Positions 8,846 through 18,140 of a stretch of DNA of 38,609 nucleotides are shown piece after piece. Every line of letters begins with the position of its first letter. Position 1 is the first letter of the stretch. A program made the translations under genes and the position numbers. The notes beneath the pieces are model-generated. The model ran no database searches. It saw only the letters and a program-made list of their open reading frames with translations, and was not told the origin of the DNA. Source of the DNA: Bacteroidales bacterium (lineage in GTDB: Bacteria > Bacteroidota > Bacteroidia > Bacteroidales > UBA7960); contig SLRE01000107.1 of NCBI GenBank assembly GCA_007131125.1, positions 1-38,609 of the forward strand. The letters are read 5' to 3'.

Positions 8846-8878
8846 ACGCAGGAGCCAGGTCTGGCCTGGCTCCTGCGT
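8846..8878 (-). other. Perfect 14-bp GC-rich stem-loop between the PKD lipoprotein gene and the cyanophycinase gene
   Basis: ACGCAGGAGCCAGG (8846-8859), loop TCTGG, CCTGGCTCCTGCGT (8865-8878). There is no U-tract on the minus strand (followed by TAAACCACATAC). It is therefore either an attenuator/mRNA-processing hairpin or a U-tract-independent terminator. Confidence 0.6.
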
Positions 8879-8891
8879 ATTGGTTTTAAGC

Positions 8892-9785
8892 TTACTCCGC
8901 AAATACTTCTATATCGGTAATAAAGATCTGGAACATGTCGGTTACATCATAATGCCTGACGGCAATATAGATCTGCTCGCCTTTATAATCGGATATGTCA
9001 ATTACCCTCTCAAATGCGGTCCAGTTTGGGGTATCCTCAGTAAATCTTTCATCAAAGACCTTTTCAAAATCATCTACCTCCATTTCTGCATTGGAAATAA
9101 AGATACCATAGTTTTCCTGTCGAAACTCTTCGCCCGAAGCTGTCACCCCGACATGATACCTCAGCATGAGGGTTTCCCCTTCGCCTACTGCGGAGGCATC
9201 TATTAATGGTGTGATCAACCAGTTATCCGGGGTAAGGGCTCCGTCCTGGGAATCCCATGAGGCACTTCTTACGATTGGGCCGTATTCTTCCTCATCGGGC
9301 TGGTAAAACCAGGTGTGTCCGTCACCATCAAGGTCCCATACCGTAAATTGTGGAGGAATATCTTCTACAGAAGAAAAGTCTTCCAGGAAAGGAACCGGCA
9401 CTGCACCCACTACAAGGGTAAGGGTTGTGGTGTGCTGCAACTTATTGTAGTGCAGGTCTTTTTCACTTTCCGCAGTCAGGGTAACCCTATACTGACCGTA
9501 TTCTTCATAAATGACATAGGGATTTTCTTCGGTGGATTCCTCTCCGTTGCCAAAATCCCAATGATAGCCTACGGCATTGATGGATTCGTTGATAAACTGC
9601 ACCCCGAAAATGATTTCCCCGGTTTGATCGTGGGTAAGGGTGTCTACTTCATAAGTAAAGTATGCCTGTGTGCTGGCCTCCGGCACAGGGAAGTCGTCGT
9701 CGTTACATGAGACTACCGCCACGGTTATTGCCAGCAGCAGGGACAGCAGTCCTAAATTGACTTTTATTTTTTTCATTGATTTCAT
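8892..9785 (-). CDS. Surface lipoprotein with PKD domain and choice-of-anchor-J domain (SusE/F position)
   Basis: Lipobox AVVSC. A PKD-like block is present (FINESINAVGYHWDFGNGEESTEENPYVIYEEYGQYRVTLTAES). The choice-of-anchor-J hallmarks follow (WDLDGDGHTW..., SASW, PDNWLITP, YIAVRHYDV...ITDIEV). The start lies 19 nt after the SusD stop. Confidence 0.8.
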   Translation of the reverse strand: MKSMKKIKVNLGLLSLLLAITVAVVSCNDDDFPVPEASTQAYFTYEVDTLTHDQTGEIIFGVQFINESINAVGYHWDFGNGEESTEENPYVIYEEYGQYRVTLTAESEKDLHYNKLQHTTTLTLVVGAVPVPFLEDFSSVEDIPPQFTVWDLDGDGHTWFYQPDEEEYGPIVRSASWDSQDGALTPDNWLITPLIDASAVGEGETLMLRYHVGVTASGEEFRQENYGIFISNAEMEVDDFEKVFDERFTEDTPNWTAFERVIDISDYKGEQIYIAVRHYDVTDMFQIFITDIEVFAE

Positions 9786-9804
9786 TGTTTTCTGAGTTTA
9801 CAGA

Positions 9805-11163
9805 TTAATAACCTTCATTCTGATACATTCCCTCGTGATCATTGGCAAGGATTTCTGATAAAGGAATGGGAAATAGCAACTGATGCTCGCTTGTAACATT
9901 TTCAAGGACTTCCATGGCACGATTGGTGCGCACCAGGTCGAACCAGCGGTGCCCTTCAAAAGCAAATTCTTTCTGGCGCTGAATTTCCACTTCCTGGAGC
10001 AAAGCCGGATAATTGGAGGTGGTAACCGGCAATAGTCCAGCCCTTTCCCTGATCGCATTGATATCTTCACGGATCAGGTCAAGGTTGGCATCTTCTTTCA
10101 GGATCATGGCTTCTGCACGGATCAGGTGCATTTCGGCCAGGCGGAAGATGTAAACATTATCGGTTCCGGTTTGTATGTCGGTATATTTATTGCCATAGGG
10201 GTCAGCACCTTCAAAACTTATTGAAGTTTCCATTCTAAGGTCGTCTTCCGAGAAGGAATCAATAAATTCCTGCGGAGGGGCTACCTCGTATCTTCCTGAC
10301 AAAGCGGTAGGGAAGAAATAGAAGCCTAAGCGGTTGTCTTCCTGCTCATTGAAGGCAAGTTCAAAAACAGATTCCATACTGCCTCCGTTAATGAAAAGGT
10401 TGGCATAGTCCGGCTCCAGGTTCAGGCCGTAGTCTTCGATAACATGGGTAGCAAATGCAATGGCGTCATCCAGATGGGCTTCGTTATCACGGATAAAATA
10501 GTCGTGAAGCTTAACGCGGGCCATCAGGGCCTGTGCGGCGGGTTTTGAGGCTCTTCCCATGCTTATTTGTTCGGTTATATGCTCCATGGCAAATTCCAGG
10601 TCATCATAAATGAGCTCCAGGACAGTTTCCATACTTTGTCTTGGAATGTTGAGGTCTGCATCTCCTGCGGTTGCCGGTTCGGTTCTGACAGGAATCGGGC
10701 CAAACAACCTCATCAGGTTGTAATGATGTAAAGCCCGCAAAAACCTTAATTCGGCCATTGCCCGGTTTTTACTGGCGTCATTCATCAGGTCCGGGTCAAC
10801 ATCCGGTATTGCTGCCAATGTATTGTTTACCCGGTTCAGGGCAATGTAGATGCTTGACCATATGCTTTCTACATATACGTTATCGGCAAGGATGTTATTG
10901 CTGTTAACCTGGTCGTAACCGTCGTGTGTTCCGGTCCACCTCAGGTTGTCAGCGGCCAGATCTCCAAAAATGAGGTAATGGCGAGCATAATATCCGTTGC
11001 TTTGCATGGCTGAATAACAGCCGTTAATGGCCCGTTCTACATCCTGGGCGGTGTTGATGGCTTCATCGGAGGGGATGCTGTGATACGGATCGGTGTCCAG
11101 TAAATCCTCACAACCGGTCAACCCCCAGATAAGCAGTGCAAATAATATGATTGATTTTTTCAT
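9805..11163 (-). CDS. SusD/RagB-family outer-membrane nutrient-binding lipoprotein
   Basis: MKKSIILFALLIWGLTGCEDLLD lipoprotein signal from the ATG at 11163 (the track ORF is extended to 11202). A TPR-like helical body follows, with a conserved C-terminal RWFDLVR and a ...NEGY end. It lies 16 nt downstream of SusC. Confidence 0.9.
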   Translation of the reverse strand: MKKSIILFALLIWGLTGCEDLLDTDPYHSIPSDEAINTAQDVERAINGCYSAMQSNGYYARHYLIFGDLAADNLRWTGTHDGYDQVNSNNILADNVYVESIWSSIYIALNRVNNTLAAIPDVDPDLMNDASKNRAMAELRFLRALHHYNLMRLFGPIPVRTEPATAGDADLNIPRQSMETVLELIYDDLEFAMEHITEQISMGRASKPAAQALMARVKLHDYFIRDNEAHLDDAIAFATHVIEDYGLNLEPDYANLFINGGSMESVFELAFNEQEDNRLGFYFFPTALSGRYEVAPPQEFIDSFSEDDLRMETSISFEGADPYGNKYTDIQTGTDNVYIFRLAEMHLIRAEAMILKEDANLDLIREDINAIRERAGLLPVTTSNYPALLQEVEIQRQKEFAFEGHRWFDLVRTNRAMEVLENVTSEHQLLFPIPLSEILANDHEGMYQNEGY

Positions 11164-11179
11164 TTTTCTGGGTTTTTTT

Positions 11180-14086
11180 TTAAAGTCCAACATTAATTCC
11201 AACAGAAACCGACCGGGTCTGGGGGTAGGTAAAAAAGTCAGTACCCCTGATCAGGTCGGCATCCCCTGCATAGTTTACTTCGGGGTCCATCCCGGTATAA
11301 TTGGTGAAGGTCAAGAGGTTTTGCCCCGATATGAATACCCTGGCATTTCTGATTCCGATTCTTTCAACTGTCCCGGGGCTCAGGTTATAGCCCAGGGTCA
11401 GGTTTTTAATCCTGAGGTATGAGCCGTCTTCAATAAATCTTGAGGAAATGCGGTTATTCAGATTGGGGTCTGTGGTGGTTGCTCTTGGCATATAGGTAAT
11501 GTCGCCAGGTTGGCGCCAGCGGTCCAGAATACGGGTGGTTTGATTGTCTTCTCCTTTCATGCTTTCAATAAACATCAGGCTGCCGTTATAAATATCGTTT
11601 CCGTATGAAAACTGGAGGAAAACATTCAACTCAAAGGGTCCGTAAAAAAAGTTGTTGGTAAACCCTCCGGTAAAGTCCGGGTTGGGGTCGCCGATTTTCA
11701 TTCTTTCTTCCGAAAAAACGATGTCACCTGTGGAGGGGTCTACCCCATAGCTTTTGTAACCATAGAAAATCCCGATGGGTTCCCCAACCCTTACACTGTT
11801 GCTGGCCCTTCCCAGGTTATCCAGCGGCTGGTCCTTGTAAAGTGCCAGTACCTTGTTGCGGTTCCGGCTGATGTTGAAGTTGGACGTCCATTGAAATTCA
11901 GAAGTTTCAATGTTTACGGTTTTTAAAGTAACTTCAATTCCTCTATTTTCAAGCTCCCCGATATTGGAGGTAATGCTGGAAAACCCAGAGGTAAGGGAAA
12001 CCGGGCGACTGAACAGCAGGTCTTTGGTGTGATTGTTATAATAATCAAAGGTAACATCAATCCTTTCTCCCAACAATGCGAAATTCAAGCCGGCATTGAA
12101 TTGTGTGGTGGTTTCCCATTTCAGGTCGGGGTTGGGCAACTGGGCCGGCGCAATACCGGCTTGTCCCATATAATTGAGTCCGCCCCGGAATAAAGACATG
12201 AAAGCATAGTCGGGAATTCCGTCGTTTCCGGTTAAACCATAGCTGACCCTGAGCCTGAACTCATCAAAAAAGTCAAAAGTTTGGCGGAAAAACTCTTCTT
12301 CGTGCATCCGCCAGGCAACCGATGCGGCCGGGAAAAACCCGTAGCGGTTATCCTGGCTGAATTTTGAAGAACCATCCATCCTGGCACTCAGCGAAAGGAT
12401 GTAACGGTAATCGTAGTTGTATCTGACCTGTCCGAAGTAAGAGTTGATGCTGCGGTCCAGGGCATTGGCATACGCTTCGGTAATGGTGGCGGCATCGCTT
12501 ACATACTGGAAGTTTTCATTCGGAAAATCCACAGCCCTGATGAAGCTGTTCCTTCTCTGGAAAACCTCAAATGAATAACCCAGCAATGCATTTACATTGT
12601 GGGATTCCCCAAAGGTATTGATGTATTGAAGCAGGTTGTTGGAAACCAGGTTCATTACATTGTTCTGGGCTTCCAGTCCAATGCCGTTTGAACGGGCACC
12701 CTGCCTGGTGGTAATGGGGTCGTAACTATGCTCTCTCAAACTCATGTAGTCAACGCTCCATTTTGTATTGAAGGTAAAGTTTTCAAGAAAACGATAATCC
12801 AGGAAAACATTTCCCTGGGTGCGGTAAGAGTGGGCTTCATTGATGGCTTCTTTTCCGATGGCAACCGGGTTGGCATAAAACCCGTCTTCATTATAGGTTC
12901 CATCCTCATTGTAAATGGGGTAAATGGGGGGACGGCTGATGGCCAGGGGCAAAGGGGCATTAATGGAAGCATCACCTTCTACCCTTTTGTTTAGTGAATA
13001 GCTCATCCCAAAACCGGCCCCGATTTCCAGGTTGTCGTTTACCCGGTGGTCCAGATTCATGCGGGTATTGAGCCTTTCATATGAAGTTCCAAGTACAATT
13101 CCTTCCTGGTCGAAATAGCTTCCCGAAACAAAAAACCGGGTTTCGCCAACCCCGCCTCTTGCCGACAATTCATAGTTGGCAATGGGTGCAGTACTCAGCA
13201 CCTCATCCAGCCAGTCGGTGTCAATGGGTGGGTCATGAGCAGGGTCGGTTCCCCGGTATTCGTGCCATTGTTCTGCATTAAGCATCTCCAGTCGGTTCTC
13301 CAGCTGCTGAATACCTATAGAAGAACTGAAGTTGATTTCGGTAACATCTTTGGCTCCTCTTTTGGTTGTGATAAGCACCACCCCATTGGTAGCCCTGGCC
13401 CCATAAATGGCTGCGGCCGAAGCATCCTTCAATATGGTGATGGATTCAATATCCGCAGGGTTAAGATCCGACAAGGCATTGATGCCCTGCCCTGAAAAGC
13501 CAACCTGTCCGTAGTCACCGGTAATCATCGGAACCCCGTCAATAACATAAAGGGGTTCATTTCCTGCGCTGATGGAGCTGCTGCCCCTGATGCGCACAGT
13601 GGTTCCGGCACCGGGTGTTCCTGAATTCTGGGATATCTGCACCCCGGCCGACCGTCCCTGCAGCACTCCATCCACAGTCCTCAGCGGGTTGTCGCGGATG
13701 GCTTCTTCACCCACCACACCAAGGGAGCCGGATATGAGCCGGCTGGATTCGGTTCCGTATCCAACCACTACCACCTCTCCAAGGCGGGCAACATCCATCT
13801 CCATGCCTACATTGATGGTGGTGCGCCCCTCAACAGGAACGTTCTTGGTGACCATCCCCACGTATGAGAAGGTCAGGGTGTCCTTGGGGTTCACATTTAT
13901 GTTGTAGCGCCCGTCCATATCGGTAATGGTACCCCGGGAGGTTCCCTTTACCATCACGGTAACCCCCGGAAGCGAGATATTGTCTTCCATTACGGAGGTA
14001 ACGGTGCCTTCAACGGTTATTTCCTGGCCCATAAGCCCAAGGCCTGAAAATAAAAAGGCAATAAATAAAATAATTTTGTTTTTCAT
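11180..14086 (-). CDS. SusC/RagA-family TonB-dependent outer-membrane transporter
   Basis: The signal peptide is followed by a carboxypeptidase-D-regulatory-like domain (ITVEGTVTS...GVTVMVKGTSRGTITDMDGRYNINV), a plug (GVQISQNSGTPGAG...IRIRG, PLYVIDGVP, DIESITILKDASAAAIYGARATNGVVLITTKRG) and a 22-strand-type barrel. There is no STN/N-terminal signalling extension. Confidence 0.95.
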   Translation of the reverse strand: MKNKIILFIAFLFSGLGLMGQEITVEGTVTSVMEDNISLPGVTVMVKGTSRGTITDMDGRYNINVNPKDTLTFSYVGMVTKNVPVEGRTTINVGMEMDVARLGEVVVVGYGTESSRLISGSLGVVGEEAIRDNPLRTVDGVLQGRSAGVQISQNSGTPGAGTTVRIRGSSSISAGNEPLYVIDGVPMITGDYGQVGFSGQGINALSDLNPADIESITILKDASAAAIYGARATNGVVLITTKRGAKDVTEINFSSSIGIQQLENRLEMLNAEQWHEYRGTDPAHDPPIDTDWLDEVLSTAPIANYELSARGGVGETRFFVSGSYFDQEGIVLGTSYERLNTRMNLDHRVNDNLEIGAGFGMSYSLNKRVEGDASINAPLPLAISRPPIYPIYNEDGTYNEDGFYANPVAIGKEAINEAHSYRTQGNVFLDYRFLENFTFNTKWSVDYMSLREHSYDPITTRQGARSNGIGLEAQNNVMNLVSNNLLQYINTFGESHNVNALLGYSFEVFQRRNSFIRAVDFPNENFQYVSDAATITEAYANALDRSINSYFGQVRYNYDYRYILSLSARMDGSSKFSQDNRYGFFPAASVAWRMHEEEFFRQTFDFFDEFRLRVSYGLTGNDGIPDYAFMSLFRGGLNYMGQAGIAPAQLPNPDLKWETTTQFNAGLNFALLGERIDVTFDYYNNHTKDLLFSRPVSLTSGFSSITSNIGELENRGIEVTLKTVNIETSEFQWTSNFNISRNRNKVLALYKDQPLDNLGRASNSVRVGEPIGIFYGYKSYGVDPSTGDIVFSEERMKIGDPNPDFTGGFTNNFFYGPFELNVFLQFSYGNDIYNGSLMFIESMKGEDNQTTRILDRWRQPGDITYMPRATTTDPNLNNRISSRFIEDGSYLRIKNLTLGYNLSPGTVERIGIRNARVFISGQNLLTFTNYTGMDPEVNYAGDADLIRGTDFFTYPQTRSVSVGINVGL

Positions 14087-14435
14087 TGATTGTTGTTTTG
14101 GTTGTTAGAGAAACAGTTATAAAAAATTACATGAAGCAATACAATCGGTTTTTCCCCAGCAAAAATCAAAAACACCCCGGGAGGGAATACCCTTCAGACG
14201 ACTGCCCGGGCTATCCGTTTTGATTCTGCAGGAAAAACTATGGCTCAGCACCAATGGGGAAGAAACAAATGGAGGTATTTACCATCATAAATAACCGATT
14301 AACCACGCAATAATACTAATTTTTCAGGTTATTTTTTTGAGAATGATAAAGTTTTTTCTTTTTGAAAAGTGAAATAAAATGACGGGAAGCTGTTTTCGGC
14401 CTTAAACCCGGAGAGAGAAAAACATAAAATTGTAT

Positions 14436-14443
14436 TAATTTTG
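14436..14443 (+). promoter_or_regulatory. Candidate -7 promoter box for asnS
   Basis: TAATTTTG matches TAnnTTTG, 60 nt upstream of the ATG at 14503. Confidence 0.4.
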
Positions 14444-14502
14444 TGCCCTGACCAACAAAGAAAAAGTTTTACACGAGACAAATATTGTAAAAGGTTGATT
14501 TC

Positions 14503-15912
14503 ATGAAAGAATTAAAAAGAAGCCGGGTTGCGGATTTGCTGAAAAAGGATTGTAGTGAGCTTATTGGCAGTGAAATTAATGTAAAAGGATGGGTGCGCAC
14601 CAAACGGGGCAACAAAAAGGTGGCCTTTATCGCCCTGAATGATGGTTCAATTATTCACAACATTCAGGTGGTTGTGGATGTGCCGGCCTTTGAGAATGAT
14701 GAATTGCTGAGGAACATCACCACCGGCTCCTGCATTTCTGTTAACGGGCAGTTGGTTGAATCCAAAGGCAAAGGGCAGCAGGTCGAGATACTTGCTTCAG
14801 AAATAGTTTTATATGGAACAGCTGATCCTGAAAAATATCCCTTACAGAAAAAAGGGCATACCCTCGAGTTTTTAAGGGAAATAGCCCACCTTCGGCCGCG
14901 CACCAATACCTTTGGTGCCATTTTCAGGCTCAGGCATGCTTTGTCTTTTGCTATTCACAAGTTTTTTAACGACCATGGGTTTTACTACCTTCACTCACCC
15001 ATCATAACAGGCTCTGATGCCGAAGGAGCCGGGGCCATGTTCAGGGTTACCACTCTTGACCCGAAAAACCCTCCGGTGGATGAAAGCGGAAAAATTGATT
15101 ATTCCAAAGACTTTTTTGGCAAAGAGACCAACCTTACGGTATCCGGACAGCTTGAAGGAGAGCTTGGCGCCCTGGCGTTAAGCAACATTTATACTTTTGG
15201 CCCCACCTTTCGGGCCGAAAACTCCAACACCGCCCGGCACCTTGCAGAATTCTGGATGATAGAGCCGGAAATGTCCTTTTATGACATCCATGACAACATG
15301 GACCTTGCGGAGGAATTTTTGAAATACCTGGTCGGCTATATCATGGAGCATTGCGAAGACGACCTTCTTTTTCTTGAAAAGATGTATGATAAGGAACTGA
15401 TGAGCCGGTTGAAACTTGTTGTGAACAGTAAGTTTGAGCGGCTTACCTACACAGAGGCAATAAATATCCTGGCAGCATCAGGGCAGTCCTTTGAATTTCC
15501 GGTAAAATGGGGGGTTGACCTTCAATCGGAGCATGAGCGGTATCTTGTGGAGAAACACTTCAAAAAACCGGTGATCCTCACCGATTATCCGCGCGACATA
15601 AAAGCGTTTTACATGAAGCAAAATGACGATGGAAAAACCGTCAGGGCCATGGATGTTTTGTTTCCGCGTATTGGGGAGATTATTGGAGGGTCGCAGCGTG
15701 AGGAAGACCATGATAAGCTTCTGGCCCGCATCAAAGAAATGGACATTCATATTGAAGACGTGTGGTGGTATCTGGAAACCAGGAAGTTTGGCACTGCCCC
15801 CCACAGTGGTTTCGGACTGGGGTTTGAGCGCCTGATGCTCTTCATTTCGGGAATGGGCAACATCAGGGATGTGATTCCGTTTCCCCGCACCCCGCAGAAT
15901 GCAGAATTTTAA
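14503..15912 (+). CDS. asnS: Asparagine--tRNA ligase
   Basis: Class IIb aaRS. It has an N-terminal OB fold ([11 protein letters not shown]), motif 2 ([21 protein letters not shown]) and motif 3 ([15 protein letters not shown]), at a length typical of AsnRS. Confidence 0.97.
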   Translation: MKELKRSRVADLLKKDCSELIGSEINVKGWVRTKRGNKKVAFIALNDGSIIHNIQVVVDVPAFENDELLRNITTGSCISVNGQLVESKGKGQQVEILASEIVLYGTADPEKYPLQKKGHTLEFLREIAHLRPRTNTFGAIFRLRHALSFAIHKFFNDHGFYYLHSPIITGSDAEGAGAMFRVTTLDPKNPPVDESGKIDYSKDFFGKETNLTVSGQLEGELGALALSNIYTFGPTFRAENSNTARHLAEFWMIEPEMSFYDIHDNMDLAEEFLKYLVGYIMEHCEDDLLFLEKMYDKELMSRLKLVVNSKFERLTYTEAINILAASGQSFEFPVKWGVDLQSEHERYLVEKHFKKPVILTDYPRDIKAFYMKQNDDGKTVRAMDVLFPRIGEIIGGSQREEDHDKLLARIKEMDIHIEDVWWYLETRKFGTAPHSGFGLGFERLMLFISGMGNIRDVIPFPRTPQNAEF

Positions 15913-15977
15913 CCGGGAAGTTGGAGCCTATTAATTTTTTTTATAAATTGTATCCGGATTGGAACCCTGCGGCAATG

Positions 15978-15985
15978 TAGGTTTG
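15978..15985 (+). promoter_or_regulatory. Candidate -7 promoter box for rpoN
   Basis: TAGGTTTG matches TAnnTTTG, 34 nt upstream of the ATG at 16019. Confidence 0.4.
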
Positions 15986-16018
15986 GTTGCAAAGAAGAAA
16001 CTGTAAAATAACGGGTTT

Positions 16019-17515
16019 ATGTTAAAACAGAGATTACAGCAAAAGCTTTTACAAAAATTGTCACCCCAGCAGATTCAGCTCATGAAACTGCTGCAGGTTC
16101 CTACCGTGATGCTCGAACAACGGATTAAACAGGAAATAGAAGAAAACCCGGCCCTGGAGGAAGGCCTTGACGAACAGGATGAGGTCGAAGCCTCCAATGA
16201 AGAGGATTACGAAGATGCTTATGATGATACCGGGGAAGATGAGATTTCAGAAGAACCCGAGGTGAATCCCGAAGACGAGTTTGACCTTTCCGACTACATT
16301 GAAGATGACGAAATACCTACCTACCGCTTAAGTGCAAACAATACCAGTGCCGATGATGAGCAAAAGGATATCCCTTATTCTTCGGGAATGAGTTTTCAGG
16401 AACTTCTTCTTTCCCAGCTTGGGATGAGAAAGCTCGATGACAGGGAATACCTTATTGCTTCGCATATTATCGGCAACATTGATGAAGCCGGTTATTTGCA
16501 GCGCGACATCCACGCTTTAATTGATGACCTGGCTTTTAATCAAAACATACAGACCGACTTTAAAGAAGTGCTGCGTTTGTTGCGTCTGATACAGGAGTTT
16601 GACCCGGCTGGGGTGGGTGCCAGGGACCTGCAGGAGTGCCTGTTATTGCAGATTCGTCGCAAAACCCCCAAAACCCAGGCCATTGAAAATGCAACCCTGC
16701 TGCTGGAAAAAAACTTTAACGACTTTACCCGCAAGCATTACGAAAAAATAAAAAAGAAACACAACCTGAGCGACCAGGAATTGAAACAGGCCATTGACGA
16801 AGTTTTGAAACTGAACCCGAAGCCTGGCAATTCTGTGCACGACTCCGGCAAAGGATCCCATTTTATTGTTCCCGACTTTATTGTATCCATAAATGAAGGA
16901 GAACTGGAGCTGACTCTGAATTCTCGCAATGCCCCGGATTTGCGTATTAACCGTACCTATTCCGAAATGCTGCAGACCATGGCTGAGAGCAAGGGAAAAG
17001 TTGATAAGCGGCAGAAAGAGGCCCTCAGCTTTGTGAAGCAAAAACTCGACAGTGCCAAATGGTTTATTGACGCCATCCGCCAAAGGCAAAACACCCTTTT
17101 GGTTACCATGGAAGCCATTTTGAATTACCAAAAGGATTATTTCCTTACAGGTGATGAAACCAAATTAAAACCCATGATCCTGAAGGACATTGCCGATATT
17201 GTTAATCTTGACATTTCAACCATTTCCAGGGTTGCCAACAGCAAATACGTGCAAACTCCCTATGGCACTTTCCTGCTGAAAACCTTTTTCTCAGAATCTC
17301 TTCAAACCGAAAAAGGGGAGGAGGTCTCTACCCGGGAAGTGAAAAAAATACTGCAGGATTGTATTGAAGCTGAGGACAAAAAGAAACCCCTCACCGACGA
17401 TGAGCTTGCCGCTATTCTAAAAGAAAAAGGGTACAATATTGCCCGCCGAACTGTGGCAAAATACCGTGAGCAGCTTGATATTCCTGTTGCCCGACTCAGA
17501 AAGGAGCTGCTTTAA
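16019..17515 (+). CDS. rpoN: RNA polymerase sigma-54 factor
   Basis: Region I is MLKQRLQQKLLQKLSPQQIQLMKLLQ. An acidic region II, the core-binding domain, an HTH and the RpoN box ARRTVAKYRE follow. Confidence 0.97.
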   Translation: MLKQRLQQKLLQKLSPQQIQLMKLLQVPTVMLEQRIKQEIEENPALEEGLDEQDEVEASNEEDYEDAYDDTGEDEISEEPEVNPEDEFDLSDYIEDDEIPTYRLSANNTSADDEQKDIPYSSGMSFQELLLSQLGMRKLDDREYLIASHIIGNIDEAGYLQRDIHALIDDLAFNQNIQTDFKEVLRLLRLIQEFDPAGVGARDLQECLLLQIRRKTPKTQAIENATLLLEKNFNDFTRKHYEKIKKKHNLSDQELKQAIDEVLKLNPKPGNSVHDSGKGSHFIVPDFIVSINEGELELTLNSRNAPDLRINRTYSEMLQTMAESKGKVDKRQKEALSFVKQKLDSAKWFIDAIRQRQNTLLVTMEAILNYQKDYFLTGDETKLKPMILKDIADIVNLDISTISRVANSKYVQTPYGTFLLKTFFSESLQTEKGEEVSTREVKKILQDCIEAEDKKKPLTDDELAAILKEKGYNIARRTVAKYREQLDIPVARLRKELL

Positions 17516-17516
17516 G

Positions 17517-18140
17517 ATGAAATTGGAGCAAACCATTTCCCGACTTTTTTCCTCGGTGTTTCATCCCCTTGTTATTCCTACCCTCGGGTTAATTATACTT
17601 TTTAACCTTCCTACTTTTGTTGCCTTTTCCATTCCCGATCAGGCCAAAAGGTTTATTTTGCTGATGGTTTTCATCAATACAGCATTGCTGCCGGTATTGA
17701 GTATTTTTTTACTGAAACGAACCGGGATAATTAAGGATGTTTTGCTGGATGACCGAAGCGACAGGATCATTCCTTTGTTAATGGCCTCCATATTTCTTTT
17801 TATTACCTATTATCTTTTGCGGCGGGTGAACCTTCCTTCCATCATTTATTTTTACCTGATGGGCGCCACATTAATGGTGCTGGCGAGTCTTGTCATCACT
17901 TTCTGGTGGAAAATAAGCATCCATATGGTTTCGCTGGGAGGCATTACCGGTTTTTTGATCTCCACGGCTTTGTTGCTCAATGTCAACATTTCCCTTTTGA
18001 TCATACTGGTGTTTTTGATTTCCGGGATGGTAGGAACCTCCCGGGTAATATTAAACTCCCATAATCTATCCCAGGTTTTTGCGGGATACCTTATGGGAGT
18101 CGGGATAATGCTGGCTTTGTTCTTTTTCCTGAGGGCTTAG
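17517..18140 (+). CDS. PAP2-superfamily-like integral membrane protein
   Basis: The ATG at 17517 lies 1 nt after the rpoN stop (the track ORF start at 17439 overlaps rpoN). About six TM segments are present. Degenerate acid-phosphatase motifs are visible (KISIHM resembling PSGH; SRVILNSHNLSQ resembling SRx5Hx3D). Confidence 0.55.
   Translation: MKLEQTISRLFSSVFHPLVIPTLGLIILFNLPTFVAFSIPDQAKRFILLMVFINTALLPVLSIFLLKRTGIIKDVLLDDRSDRIIPLLMASIFLFITYYLLRRVNLPSIIYFYLMGATLMVLASLVITFWWKISIHMVSLGGITGFLISTALLLNVNISLLIILVFLISGMVGTSRVILNSHNLSQVFAGYLMGVGIMLALFFFLRA

Noticed and set aside
14179-14216. A pair of CCCGGG palindromes upstream of susC that could form a 6-bp stem with a 25-nt loop
   Set aside because: The stem is too short and the loop too large to call a structure or operator with any confidence. 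It is mentioned only as context in the susC upstream finding.
17439-17516. N-terminal extension of the membrane-protein ORF overlapping the 3' end of rpoN
   Set aside because: The extension lies in an alternative frame of the conserved RpoN box region. The ATG at 17517, directly after the rpoN stop, gives a normal membrane-protein N-terminus.
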